A DNA stretch of 63,106 bases, the filler included, from Reticulomyxa filosa (taxonomy: Eukaryota; Protista; Foraminifera), in assembly GCA_000512085.1 (NCBI GenBank). It is 16 parts of 16 records of this genome, joined end to end, with 100 filler letters (N's around TTAATTAATTAA, not from the genome) between each part and the next. Parts side by side here need not be neighbours in the genome. Positions count along the whole stretch, not along the records: positions 12,833 to 20,188 come from ASPP01044649.1; positions 20,289 to 27,963 come from ASPP01027386.1; 14 more parts are not named here. The stretch is one strand, 5' to 3'. Positions 13,971 through 26,212 of the stretch are shown here, piece by piece. A program made the translations under genes and the position numbers. How positions within the stretch are numbered: the stretch's first letter is position 1; each line of letters begins with the position of its first letter. The notes below the pieces were generated by a model. That model was not told where the DNA came from, searched no databases, and saw only the letters and a program-made list of their open reading frames with translations.

Positions 13971-14355
13971 CATGCCTGCTTTGACACGCTCTTCCAATTC
14001 GTCCCGATCTTGCTCAGCTTGCGCAATGAAAATTTGTAATTGTTGCATGCAACGTTGGTAGATGTCATCGGCCTTGGGCTGCACTCTGCGTGGAACCAGC
14101 GAGCTAGTGTTCATTTCGTTGAATTTGAGCGTCATGACAGCGCGCTTGACTTGTTTTGGATATGTTCGCAAGGGCATCTTTGGCTCGTAGCAGTAATGCC
14201 GTAGTTTGCCCTTGGCCAGTCTCATGACAAACTCGGGTTTGTACAGATTGTAATACCAAGCCTTGCAGCTCAAGCACATCTCATACCAATCCTTTGTCGT
14301 CAAAAAGCTTATATGTGTATGTATATTAACATTAAAAAATATTATGATAATATGT

Positions 14356-14390
<35 letters not shown>

Positions 14391-15359
14391 CAATATTTTT
14401 CACAAAAAAAATTTATATGATTCATATACATACATACATACATACATATATTTATATATGTATATATATATGTATATATATGTGTATGTGTACCTTAAGA
14501 TGCGATTTTTGCTTGCATTGGACAACTGTGACACATCTTTGAGTAGCGCGAATTTACGTCTTTGTAACTTGAGTTGGTCCAACGTATTTCCACAAGTGAT
14601 GACATTGCTGTCCAAAGCGATTTTGGTAAGTAGATAATTTTCTTGATATTTCTTTTCGCTGGCAATTTGCTGTTGCAGTGAGTCAATATGCAGTTGTAAG
14701 GCTTGCAAATCTTGATTGTATTGACTTTCAAACTTCAATTGGTTTCTTTGTATTTCCAACTTCTCTTTTAACAATTCATTCAAATGACTCGTCTCTACTT
14801 TTTCCGTTATCGCTTTGATCATCTCATTCATCACACTCTCGCATTGGATACGTACCCCTAAGGTCTCCATTTCCTCTTTAAACTGTTTTATTTCACTGCT
14901 GAATTGTCTTATTGAATAACTACTTTCTATCATATTGTCGTTGTCGTCGTCATCTTCACTGTTCATTTGTTCTGTGTTTTGCCTTTTCGAGCCATTTGTC
15001 GTCCCTGTGCTCATTGCTGTCGCTGTCGCTGTCGCTGTCGTTGTCATTGTCATTGGCGCTCTTTTCGAAAACGAGTTGCTTCTGCTATTGCCTTTGCTTG
15101 CACGGATGCTGCTGCTACTGTTCCTTTCCATCCGTTCTCGGGTTATTCCTATCACTTCTTGCAATTTGTGCGCGTTGTTCAACTCTTGCAAACCATGGAT
15201 ACCCAACTCATTCAGTACTTGCAATAATACTCCTCGGTCCAGATCCGCCTCTTGCAACAATCGATCAAAACTCAATTTCTCTTGGATCTCATTGTACTTT
15301 TGCTGGATCGAATTGCTTTCTTTCGGGTTTGCTGTCACTGTTCTTCCTGATGAGGTCAT
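13329..15359 (-). CDS. F-box and coiled-coil protein (3 or more exons)
   Basis: Splicing 14494 to 14307 (GT...AG, phase 2) gives QLSNASKNRILSFLTTKDWYEMCLSCKAWY, an F-box-like motif, flanked by long E/K/Q-rich coiled-coil segments. Confidence 0.65.
14355..14490. repeat. Intronic (TA)n/(TACA)n/(TG)n microsatellites (also around 13935-13968)
   Basis: Directly visible dinucleotide and tetranucleotide runs inside introns. Confidence 0.9.
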
Positions 15360-17376
15360 AGAACTTGGAGAACTTTGTTTTATTTTCTGTTCGCTATCTT
15401 TGACAATAATGATGAATGATTATTATTCAATTTCTTTTTCTTATATATTACTTACAATCGATTACAAAAAAAACATCCCTTAAAATTGACTCTGGAAACA
15501 ATTGAAATCTTTCCACGTAAATCAACTTTTCTTTAAAAAAACTTTTAACTTTCATGGAGGAGCCAACTGTTTTCGTAAGTTTCAAGTTTATCTTTCAATG
15601 TTTACATTCTATACAAATAATAACAATATAAGTTTAATATAATGTTATATTTTACGTTCAAGAAAAGAAATGAGTTAAATACAGAAGTAGAACAATGCAA
15701 AGAAGAGTGTATCACACTATACATATTATTAATAGCTGTTGTCAACAACATCTTTAAACATAATTTTCCAAAATTCCTTGAATAAACAGTAAATGCATCA
15801 TAAAATGTTAATGCAATGACGTGTCTATAAATATTTAAACTAATAAACTTTTACGTGGCATGTCAAGGTGAAACATAAAAAAGTCGCTTTTTGAACAAAT
15901 TTTACTAAAAACAAAAGCTAAACTAGAAACAAAAACAAAGACGAAGGAGGTCAGCCGAGAAAGTTTTAGGAGAAAAAGAATCTCAATTTCCTTAGGCTTT
16001 ATAATCAGTAAGGCCTGCCCCGTCTTAAATTAAACCAAAAAACATGTTCTATAATGTGTGTAAAGTGTTTTGTTTTTTTTAGTTGATAATCACCAGTTTA
16101 CCCTTGGTTGCTGTAAGTGTTTTTTTTTGTTTGGACTGCATATGCTGGACTTAGCTTCTGGTTCCTCTTTTAATCCTACACGTTGATATACCAGACATGC
16201 TTAGCATGTCCATGGAAGTAAGATTATAGTCTGGCTAACTATTTATCTCAAAATATCAATTGACTAATCATTTGAGTTTTGTATTAATGACATTAGCATC
16301 TTTGGTATTTTTTTAATATGATTTTTATTATATCTTTTCAAAATTTAAATATTTTATTGATTTTTGTAAATTTTTGAAAGAAAGTTAACAATTTTGCTGT
16401 ATTGTAATAATGAAATTATTTATTTTTAACCATTTTCATAAGCTTCAAAGAATTTGTTTTTTGATGTGTGATTGCGTATATTAAAGTATAAGTCAACTGA
16501 TAGGGACATTACAAAAAAGGAGTTCTAAAGTTGTAAGACTTTTTGTTCTTTTCCGTTCTTTGGGTGTTTTTATTCCAAACATTAGATTTTGTTTGGAATA
16601 ATTGTATTTATTATTTTGTAAGTGTTCATTTATCTTTTAAATAGCCTTTTTTGTTTGATGACTTTGTTAGGTTGAGAAGCATTAGAATTGTAAGTCCGTT
16701 ATTCTGATAAAAAATGTAATAATAAACATTCTAAAATTTGTGAAAAAGAAAAAAGATTTTTGTTTTGTGTTGTGTACTGTAAACAGGTTGTTAAAAGACG
16801 GCGATTTTGCGAGCAAGAGAAATAATAAATCATTTGTTTTGTTTGTGTCCTTGTTCAATTTTTTCTCGGTTTGTTTTAACGTGTTTTTGGTATGCCTGTG
16901 CGCTGTTGTTTGCTCAAAGTGATAGTTTTTTGTTTTTTACTTTGATCTTTGAATAGAATAGAAAGAAAAAACTCAGTGTGTTGAAATATTACCAGAAAAA
17001 ATATGAGAAATTTTTTTTCTCCCAAGATTCCTTTCCACACGTCATTTGCTATATCCATATTCCATTACATAAAAATATTAATTACGCGCCATGTCTCTTC
17101 TCTCCCCTTTCTAAGTTTGCTTTGTATTAAAAAACTGGCAGCTTGCTTAATGTAAAAACTTGTGACAAAACGCTTCTAGTGAAAATAATTTAAAACAATA
17201 AAAATTACAAGTGTTATTCTTTTTTAAAACACAAACAGTTGCATTTTAAATTTTGCAAAAAGAACACTCAATTCTTTTAATAGGTGTGTAAACATAAATA
17301 AAACAACAGCAAACTGAGAGGAAACTCATCTACCAAAACTAAAAAAAAAAGATTAGTTTATTTATATAAATCCTAA

Positions 17377-17690
17377 TCATCCCCAAATTTGAATTTTACC
17401 ATCTTTACAACCTGCCACAATTATATGACCATTTTGAGAAACATCTACACACATCATAGAACAATAATAATGACAATGCATATTAGTTGTTTTTTTTGGA
17501 AAGAAAAAAACCTTGACAGTTTTTTTGTACAGATTGCAGTGTATAAAATTTCCAATAGAAGATACAAGAATCAAATTAAAATTTACATTTTTGCATGAGA
17601 ATGAACTATGATATTATTTCCAATTTTATGTGTTCCGTAGTGAAAGCAAAGAAAAAGATTGATACTATTGTGACATCAATCTAAACAAGA
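17377..17690 (-). pseudogene. WD40 gene fragment
   Basis: MMCVDVSQNGHIIVAGCKDGKIQIWG, with upstream DSCIFYWK; upstream frames are interrupted. Confidence 0.5.
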
Positions 17691-17765
17691 AAAGTAAAAG
17701 TATGTTTTTCGAAACGCTAAATTCCAATTGAGACAACTCCCCTCCAGGGAAAAAAAAGTAACATT

Positions 17766-18128
17766 TTACCACAACTTGATGGAATTGACGTACTGTAAAA
17801 TTTCCTTGGCAGTATCCAGTGGCGTGTTTTTATCAAAAGCGCACATCAATACCAATGGTTTGTGCAATGACTCTTCAATTTCTTCGATCAGACGTCTTGC
17901 TATGATATTGACTAAATCACTTTCAACTCCTAGGATTTGTTCAATTTTGTAATAATAATTTCCGTTTGTTGGGTTACGCTTTGCTGTGGCGCTCACAATT
18001 TGACCAATTCTGCCTTTTTCGGTGATAATTACACAAACTCGGTCACCAAAATTCCTCGTGAGAAATTCAAACTCAGAATTCTGGATAGTTGTGGTCAACT
18101 GCTTTGTTTGTGGAAAAAGGCGATCCAT
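17766..18128 (-). CDS. PSMG3: Proteasome assembly chaperone 3 (PAC3)
   Basis: 120 aa with FPQTKQ...FGDRVCVIITEKGRIG...ILG...IARRL...KPLVL, the PAC3 size and pattern. Confidence 0.8.
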   Translation of the reverse strand: MDRLFPQTKQLTTTIQNSEFEFLTRNFGDRVCVIITEKGRIGQIVSATAKRNPTNGNYYYKIEQILGVESDLVNIIARRLIEEIEESLHKPLVLMCAFDKNTPLDTAKEILQYVNSIKLW

Positions 18129-18470
18129 AGAAAATCAGCTTAAATAAAATATAATGGATTTCAAATTCAAACCCTTTTTGGATTTGTCAAACGTGCCCTT
18201 TTTATTCAGATATCCCCTTATATAAACGATTAAATATTTTTTAAGCTGTTAAAATGCCATAAATTAAATACTTGCCTCAGCTCATTAGTTTAAGAAGGCA
18301 AGGGGGGGAATATTCTTGCAATTTAAGTGAAAACCTTCGACAGTAAAACTTATTAGAAGACATATGTTGTTAAACATTGTCAAAAAAAAAAGTAAGCAAC
18401 TCAAACAAGGAATGGACTAAAAAAATAACGAATTTTGTGTTTTCTTTGAATAAAAATAAAATAGCTGTTT

Positions 18471-19943
18471 TCAACTTTTTGGAAATAATGAAACACTGGT
18501 AAATCCGACAGTAACAAAATCATTATTTCGTGGACTTCGGATCAAAACTTTGTTATACTCTTCTTCGTCGACCTCTTTTGTACTAAATCTTGGAGTCGTT
18601 AATTCTTCATGAATACTTTGCGGAACAATTTTTGATCTTGGAGAAGGAAATGTAAGTGAAAAAATGGAGCCATCAGATTCTGACTTCATAGTATTGAGCA
18701 AAATTTTAACATTTTTATTGGGTTCATTATCTGGAGGTTTTGGTTCCTCTTGAACATGATGACAATGAGCTAATTTAGTAGCTGCAAATTTACGAAGTCG
18801 TTGTGCAATGTATACCATCACTCTGTTTTGTTCCATAATTGCAAAAGTCTGAATAACACAAGCGTCTGAAACTATTGCCGAGAGAAAATATATAAATGCT
18901 GTGCCTTGAACTGCATTGTGTGAAGGGCTGGTATATTTGTCTGTACAGGATCAACAAGCGCAAAAGCAAAAGTTCAGACTACACTTTGGAGGACGTATAC
19001 TACAACAACAAAAAAATTAGTGGACCTTCTCGATTTTTTGTGTTGCAAGAACTCATCAAATAAACAACAAATATACCTAAAATTAGCATAAGGCATTGTA
19101 ATGTTAAGCAAAATGTAACGCTCCAAGTTGCTACACAGATGTCCGAATTATTTGGTGGATTAAACACTTGCTTGCCTTTACTCCAAAGATAAGTAAGAAA
19201 ACAGCTAAAAAAAAATTTGTGAGTCAATCTTATAGACATCATAAACGAGGACATTTGGCATGCAAATCGGTTGTCATCTGCTTTTGTTTCAGCGTTACTA
19301 GAAAGCAAAAAGCCAAATATCCCTGCACTATAACTTACTACAAATAAGTTACAAAACGCACGCATTCGTTCAAACTTGTTGTATATTTTTTGTTTCAATT
19401 TCAAAATATTGTCTGTCTTTACAAATTTGGTTTCCATTTCATTTTTTGCAAACATGATTTCTTTTGCATCCAACACAATTGCGACACAATAATATAATAT
19501 CATTGGCTCTAATGTACTGTAATAACTTAATCTAAATTTTTTACAAGAGTGAAAGTCATTCAGTACCTCCAAACACGGAAAACAGAGAAGGAGACACCAA
19601 CCGAAAAAATCCACATAGAAATGGGCTCACTGGCAAACGTTTGTCAGTGACAAATGAATTCCATGTAAACTGATCTTTCAAAAATGTTATTATTAAAAGT
19701 TCTGAAGTAATGAGCATAATCAGTGTTATTTTCCTCGTGTGTACAAGTTTTGGTAGGTAAACGTTTGATTCAACATCAGCTTGTTTTGCACTTTGAGCAT
19801 TGCAAACGGAGTGTAAAACAAAATCCACACCAAAACCAATGTTATTTGCAAGCCATTGAGAACAATTAGATCTGTCATATGAGAGGGTCAAGCCCGCTAC
19901 GAGTTTTATTTGATATTTGTGTTGTCGTTGGATTAGTGTTCAT
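18471..19943 (-). CDS. Multi-exon multipass membrane protein of unknown family
   Basis: Several hydrophobic helices over ORFs 19556-19891 and 19000-19614 plus a Ser/Pro-rich tail (18471-18836); exon structure not resolved. Confidence 0.45.
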
Positions 19944-20290
19944 AATTTGGTTGAGAGATAGAAGATCGTTTTTTTTGTATTCGTAATTGGCTTGTGCTTC
20001 TAGCTTAGTTTCTTTTTGTTTGTTGAAGATTGGTCTTGTAAGATAAGAAACTAAAACTTTAGCGCATGAAAAAACTTTTTTTGCGAAAAGGAGAATATTC
20101 AATTTGTGGTTTGTTATAACAAAATGTTTGGTTTTGCGTAAAATAACATTAAGTCAAAAAACAAAAATAATTGAGGTAATGTACAACTNNNNNNNNNNNN
20201 NNNNNNNNNNNNNNNNNNNNNNNNNNNNNNNNTTAATTAATTAANNNNNNNNNNNNNNNNNNNNNNNNNNNNNNNNNNNNNNNNNNNNCA

Positions 20291-23155
20291 CGGTATAACG
20301 ATGTATTGAAACTTGAATCTATCAAAGAAATTAACGACAGAAATGAGTTATTAAAGATTGTCGATGAAATCACGAACACGTTTATTGAAAACAATGAAAG
20401 GGGGAATACTAAACGAATAACCTGTAAAGAAAAAATTGAAGACATTATTCAAAGTGCTGAGAAGGATCCAACAAAGCACAGTGATGTGATCAAAAATATA
20501 GAAACTGAGAGTAGTGTTTGTTCCTCAAGTGTGCTTAGCGAGTTTAACAAACGAATAGAGTGTGCTTCCTATCCAGAGAATATCGAAGAAGAACATAAAA
20601 AAATGCTGAATACAAGGATAAGGTCAGCTGAAGAGCAAGGCATTGAAAAATGGAAATACAAGTCCAATGCTTTGAAAATAAAGAAAGAAAATACTGTTCA
20701 TGCAGATAAACTTAATGACTGGACACTTAAGAAAGTCAGAGAATTTGGAATGCATTCGAAAAACAAAACTTTACCACAAAACGATGCGATTGAAGCACTA
20801 ACTAAACAATTTAGTGAACAGTTTAAGAGAGAGCAGATTGACTTGAAAAGGGCATTGGAAGGATTGAAAAAAACTTCTGCGCAATGCATTAAAAACACAT
20901 TTGAGATATTGTTAAACATCTGCAAAGGACAAAGAATGACAGAAAGACTTTTGGATTCGAAAGTCTTGAACGAAATATATAATTCACCAAATCCCAGAGA
21001 TCGACACATATTTGAAATGAACGCAGATGGAAAAGAGCAAGAAACAATTGTGAACACAATGAAAGGGTTCGTGACACTTGATCCAGAACTTGCTCGAAAA
21101 AAAAAGGCAGAGTTTGAACAAAATCGAACATGCACAAAAAAAGGTGGATTTTTTCCCAGTATACTTGGTTATTCTGGGAAAAAAGGAGATTGTTCTGATA
21201 TGCCGAGTTTTGAGGAGGCTCTAGAGGCCGATATCATACAACATGTATTAAAATTATTTGGTAGATTACAACCGAAACTTCGCGAGGTGACAAACTTTGA
21301 CGGGAATAGATTAGATATCGATAAGATTAAGTCTGCAATACATGAAATTCAAGAATGTATCAATACAATTGATAAAGACCTAAATCGACCAAATAACTAC
21401 TCGTTTCGCCACGTGTGTTTAAAGGCTGAGATTAATAGATTTTTATTTAAACAAATTTGTATCAAAATCGAAAGAGACGACGTTGCGGCAATGGAAGACG
21501 AAGAAAAGTCATTTGCTGCTGAGGAAAAAAGTTTAACAGAAGTATTTTTATGCAAACTGAAGGCGACACTTGGTGATCAAGAAACAGCAAATGCAGTATT
21601 TACTATTATTGATAAAAGCTTACGTGATTTCCTGCAGGAAAAAGCAGTGAAAGACATAGCAGAAAAAGTGAAAAAAGAAACATGTTGGGATAATGGAACA
21701 CTTACTGACGAAACTAACAATGTTGTTTTTTTTGCAAACGACGATGATATCTTCAATTTTGCGACGAATACAATTAAATATATGGAAGATCATTACAAAA
21801 GAATGTTCAATAAAAAGAAGAAAAATATTTTGGAAACAGCTAGAGAGAATATAAGCAAGGACTATAAAAATAGATGCAACAAACTAAAAGAAAACATTAG
21901 TAAATGTCGATCTGATATATTTGAAAGAATAAAGACAAAAGATGCCCCAAGTGAAGAAGAGAAGACACAAATTGGTCAAATTTTTTATCAAGTATTTAAA
22001 GCATATATGATCAATAAAAATATAAATACAATGTTAAAACAAAATAGCCTCTTTGTACAAATACCAGATAATACTTATTTCAATAATCGCACTGCAATGG
22101 AAGAAGAGGCACTTTTTTCACGTAAATACGATACAACCGACAAAAGCAAAGATTCTTTCAATAAAATTGAGAACTCAAGCGCATTTTTTGACTTTCTACT
22201 GAAACGCTGTGAAGAAAATGTAGAAAAAATTAAAAAATTGGAAGATGAAAAGTCAGAAATAATTGAATTGGTGATTGACAAAGTAGAAAAAGAATTATCT
22301 GCTGTCATGCATGACAATTTAATACGTGCAATGGGTTGTAGGCATACTTGCCCATATTGTGGTGTAAAATGTTCACTGCCAAATGATGACCACGATAAGC
22401 ATAGTGCGAACAAACATAGACTAATGGGTTTTAATGGAACGTGGCAAGCAGATTTCAATGGAAATAAAGAATTCCTCACTGATTGTTGTGATTCAGGGAA
22501 CAATATAAATTCTTATTGGAAAATGACTACAGCAAGTGTTAACGAAAGAGATGGTAATTGTCAAAAAAAAGATGTTGAACTTAGGGAGAGACTTAGAAAA
22601 GAAAATGCCACATTTGGTGAACTTAATTTTAATTTACAATGGAAAGACCCAAATGATTTGGATTTGCATGTCACTTGTCCATGTAATTCTCATATTTATT
22701 TTAGTTCAAGGGAATGCAGTACATGCAAAGGTTATTTGGATGTTGATATGAATGTTGGTGATAAATGTGATGCAATAGCCCCAATTGAGCATGTTTATTT
22801 TAAAGATAATGCAAAAGAAGGACTTTATAAGATCCAAGTCCATTTATTCTCTTATGGAAAAAGTTACAATGGAAGGACTGGAGGAACCTCGAGTAAATTT
22901 ACATTAACTGTAACTAATAAAAATTCGGAACCCAAACAATTATTTACTGGAGAGGTCAGCGCAAACCAATGTCTTGTGGCTTATGAATACAATCATTCTC
23001 TATGTTTTAGTTTTGATAAACATTGCCGTGAAAATTATCCTTCGTGGAAGATAACAATGAGACCTGCATCTATTAGCAATCTCGAACACATGAACGCTTT
23101 GGGTATTGCTTTGAACAGAATCAGTGGTCGATTAAAGAAGCATTATAACATCTAA
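20291..23155 (+). CDS. Very large inducible GTPase (GVIN1/URGCP)-like protein, C-terminal two-thirds, with an inserted YfaP/DUF2135-like domain; 5' truncated, intronless
   Basis: Long helical region, then GCRHTCPYCGVKC...H...H...HRLMGFNG...C (GVIN-type Cys/His cluster), then LQWKDPNDLDLHVTCP...GYLDVD...IEHVYF...GLYKIQVHLF, then F..H....YPSWKI. The GTPase domain itself is not in the contig. Confidence 0.7.
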   Translation, partial: RYNDVLKLESIKEINDRNELLKIVDEITNTFIENNERGNTKRITCKEKIEDIIQSAEKDPTKHSDVIKNIETESSVCSSSVLSEFNKRIECASYPENIEEEHKKMLNTRIRSAEEQGIEKWKYKSNALKIKKENTVHADKLNDWTLKKVREFGMHSKNKTLPQNDAIEALTKQFSEQFKREQIDLKRALEGLKKTSAQCIKNTFEILLNICKGQRMTERLLDSKVLNEIYNSPNPRDRHIFEMNADGKEQETIVNTMKGFVTLDPELARKKKAEFEQNRTCTKKGGFFPSILGYSGKKGDCSDMPSFEEALEADIIQHVLKLFGRLQPKLREVTNFDGNRLDIDKIKSAIHEIQECINTIDKDLNRPNNYSFRHVCLKAEINRFLFKQICIKIERDDVAAMEDEEKSFAAEEKSLTEVFLCKLKATLGDQETANAVFTIIDKSLRDFLQEKAVKDIAEKVKKETCWDNGTLTDETNNVVFFANDDDIFNFATNTIKYMEDHYKRMFNKKKKNILETARENISKDYKNRCNKLKENISKCRSDIFERIKTKDAPSEEEKTQIGQIFYQVFKAYMINKNINTMLKQNSLFVQIPDNTYFNNRTAMEEEALFSRKYDTTDKSKDSFNKIENSSAFFDFLLKRCEENVEKIKKLEDEKSEIIELVIDKVEKELSAVMHDNLIRAMGCRHTCPYCGVKCSLPNDDHDKHSANKHRLMGFNGTWQADFNGNKEFLTDCCDSGNNINSYWKMTTASVNERDGNCQKKDVELRERLRKENATFGELNFNLQWKDPNDLDLHVTCPCNSHIYFSSRECSTCKGYLDVDMNVGDKCDAIAPIEHVYFKDNAKEGLYKIQVHLFSYGKSYNGRTGGTSSKFTLTVTNKNSEPKQLFTGEVSANQCLVAYEYNHSLCFSFDKHCRENYPSWKITMRPASISNLEHMNALGIALNRISGRLKKHYNI

Positions 23156-24123
23156 ACCAAAGTGAAAACTCTCATGTTAGCATTTTTACAAATTAGAATT
23201 ATTACTCCTCTTTCTATTTTTGCTGTTATTCACAGGCTAGAGGGGCAAGTCTGAATTTTTAAGAGATACTTTTTCTTTTTCTTGTTTCTTCTTTTTCTAA
23301 ATTTCTTCTATATTCAACTTCTACGGTTCATGCAAGCTGAAAAAATATTCAAGTTGCCAAAAGCGTAATATTATAGACTTTTTATTTTCGTTGAGTCTTT
23401 TAAAACACAAAACATTGAATTTTTGTAGAGCAAGAATTTGATAGAAAAATAAAATATTAATAGCATTATTCTAAAATCAAAAGTATTACTGGTGTAAATA
23501 TTACATTTTTGACTTGTTAAAAACAGAAATTATAAGCTGCACATGGTCTGCTTGAAACCAATTTTATTTTGTGGAAACATTCTCTTTTTAATCTGTAATA
23601 TTGAAAATGAAAAATAATTTCAGACCTACTTAATGCAACTGAACATAAAAATGGTTAAGTTTATTACTTTCATTCGTTTTTTCTCTTCGTCACCTTTTTT
23701 ACTTTTACTTCTGTCGTGACTCCTGTCCTTTTGGTTTTGAACGTGCAATCTGATACTTTTTTTCTACAAGTATCCATTAGCTTTTCCACAAAGCTTTTTT
23801 AATCAATGAAGGTGACTGCATTTGTCCAACTACTTTAAATTTTTGCCGAGTTTCACGTGAAACAGAGAAGTTTACTTTTTTTCTAATTCATTTAGAAAAA
23901 AATTTAGTAAAACGAAATTTATTAACTTTTAAATAAACTTAACATTTGCTGATTTTTCTGAAATGTGACTGTCGTATTTGTCCCCACTCAAAAGGGCTTA
24001 AAGAATTTTGGCCTTAGTCTTAAAAAAAATAACAAATCACATCAACTTGATCATTTTCAAATATTTTGACATCATTTGCATTATCACCACCAACAAATGA
24101 TTGTGATTCTGTGAAATTAGATG

Positions 24124-24350
24124 TGTAGGGCAAGGCCCTATAAATATCTGAACGTTGAAGGAACCTGGGACTCCCCAGTGGGCGAAAACTTCCTCAACCA
24201 ACTACTTCTTACTTCCTTGCTTTTCTTACTTTCCTTTTTGTCATTTTGATTTATTACTTAATTTACTTTGTTTTACTGAAATTCACTCTCATTCGAGTGA
24301 AACCTTTTCGTATTACATTTAGTGTAGCTCTTCACAGTAGACTTCCCACA
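24124..24350 (+). mobile_element. Solo LTR, copy 3
   Basis: TGTAGGG...CCCACA with a perfect GATG/GATG duplication; TATAAAT box; blocks shared with copies 1 and 2. Confidence 0.85.
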
Positions 24351-25909
24351 GATGGAAGTTTACGAAAGAATCAGTCGCTTGTGAAAAGCTTGTGAAGTAT
24401 TTGGAGCAGTGTTTGGTGAACAAAATAATAGTAGCAACCGAAGACAACAATAGCCACACTTTGGGAAATGATATCAAGAGTGTGAAGACTTAACAGTACA
24501 ATAGCACACTTGCTCAACAAATTTCTTCTATTCTATATTCACTCATATGGTTAATGTAAATTGTGAGAAAAATATATTCAAATTGCCAAAATGCAATGTT
24601 CTGTAGTCTTTTAAATACTTCATAAGAGTCCACAAAAAAGAATACATTTTGAAATTTAAAAATTTTGTTGTTTGTATTAATAACATTAAAGTATGACTAA
24701 TAATATAAGCATTTTTTGAAACAATATTTGTCAAATTGTTGACAGATATGTTGGTGGCAAAATATGCAGAAAAGAAAGACCTGTTTCAATTAAACTACAA
24801 TGAAAGTCTTGTAACACAAGGACCTCAATTTTTTTTGGTGAAATCTGTGTAACGACCTTTTTATTGCATTATGCATAAAAGTTGTATGTTTTGGACACAG
24901 AAAGTAAATTATTCAATACAAGACAAAGTGCACGCAATATTTGAGCGAAGAGCCACTATGGGAGCTAATAACAAAGCAAGCAGAGCAAACAAAAGGGATG
25001 TGATCATGGTACATAGAAATAAGGAAGACAGTGCACGAGTGGACAAGATGCGAATGCAGCGCGATGAAGGATAAAAACGAAAATGTGGCTTGTGTGACGA
25101 GAACATGCTATCCAACAATAGCAAAAGAAAGCCGGGCAGGCAATACGGACATTACACCTACATGTAAGGGTGAATATTGATAAGAACGGCGCTACTGGCG
25201 CCATTAGACAAGTCGTACGTGCATATGCTGTGTGAGTCGTATCTGCGATCTTCCGCAACGTCTTAAAGAGCATTAACACCAAGACCTTCCACAAAGCATT
25301 GCAAAAGGTGAATGGCCAAGTTCCTTGACCGTCATCAATAAGGCCTCCTTGACATCGATTATTTTCTCCATCACAATAATCAATGTCTGGCCTTTGTGAA
25401 ACAAGCTGACTATTTATACATACCACAAAACAAAGACAGATTGAAACATTTGTTTTAAACAAGAGTAAGTAATTGTATTTAATTTATTTCTTTAAAAAAA
25501 CAAAATATATTAACGCTAACAATTGGCCCAAAATCCAATTCAAAAGCAAAATTCGATTGACCACAACAGTATCTGGTTAAAAAAAGAAAATAGGAATTAA
25601 ACTTACAATTTCTGTTTTCGTTCGCTTGTATGAAGATTGATATTTGTCGTTACTTGCTTACTAAATTGTTTCGTTGTCCCATTTGAGCTTATTGGTATCA
25701 AATTTCATTACTTATTATTTCTTTCAATTTTTGATTAACAAATGAATATATTTCATTTAAGATTTTTGTTGTATTATTTTTTCTACTATTTCATCAAATC
25801 TTTTATTCAAGTCTTTTTTTTTCTGTCGCACTTTCTATCAAGTAATTCCTCCAATTTTTTCTTTTTTCTAATAATTTTTTATTTTATTCGAAAATTTTGT
25901 TCAATTGTA

Positions 25910-26060
25910 CAGTAGAATGCAAAGTAAAGTTGACACCTAAAACGACACATTATAGAAATAATTATTTTCTACATGAAAAACAACATTCAGACCTAATTTT
26001 TTTTTTATTTTAAAAAATACTACAAATCGTGTACTTTTTAAATATCATTTTTAGTTTAGT
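25910..26060. mobile_element. TIR-family end (diverged)
   Basis: TA|CAGTAGAATGCAAAG...CACCTAAAA...TTCTACATGAAAAACAACATTCAGACCTAATTTTT, homologous to 27811-27963 and to the ends of 5523-6864. Confidence 0.7.
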
Positions 26061-26212
26061 TTTTTATTACATCTTTCATAATTATTTCAATATTTTATCC
26101 TTTATTTTTCTTTTCTTTTTTTTTTTAGCTCAATGGAGTGATTTAACCAAATGGTAATTTTTATTAAAAACAATTTTACTACAAAAAAAATTTAGTTCTT
26201 ATGCTTTTGAAC

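Noticed and set aside
16739-17039. TGTGAAAAAG...CTTTCCACA as another solo LTR
   Set aside because: Flanks AATT/CGTC give no TSD and there is no internal similarity to the LTR family.
23849-23864. AGTTTCACGTGAAACA, a 15/16 match to the bacterial parS palindrome
   Set aside because: Single copy in eukaryotic context with no parAB; most likely a chance E-box-centred palindrome.
24871-25462. Relatively GC-rich coding-like stretch
   Set aside because: No family recognised in any frame and stops on both strands; left unannotated.
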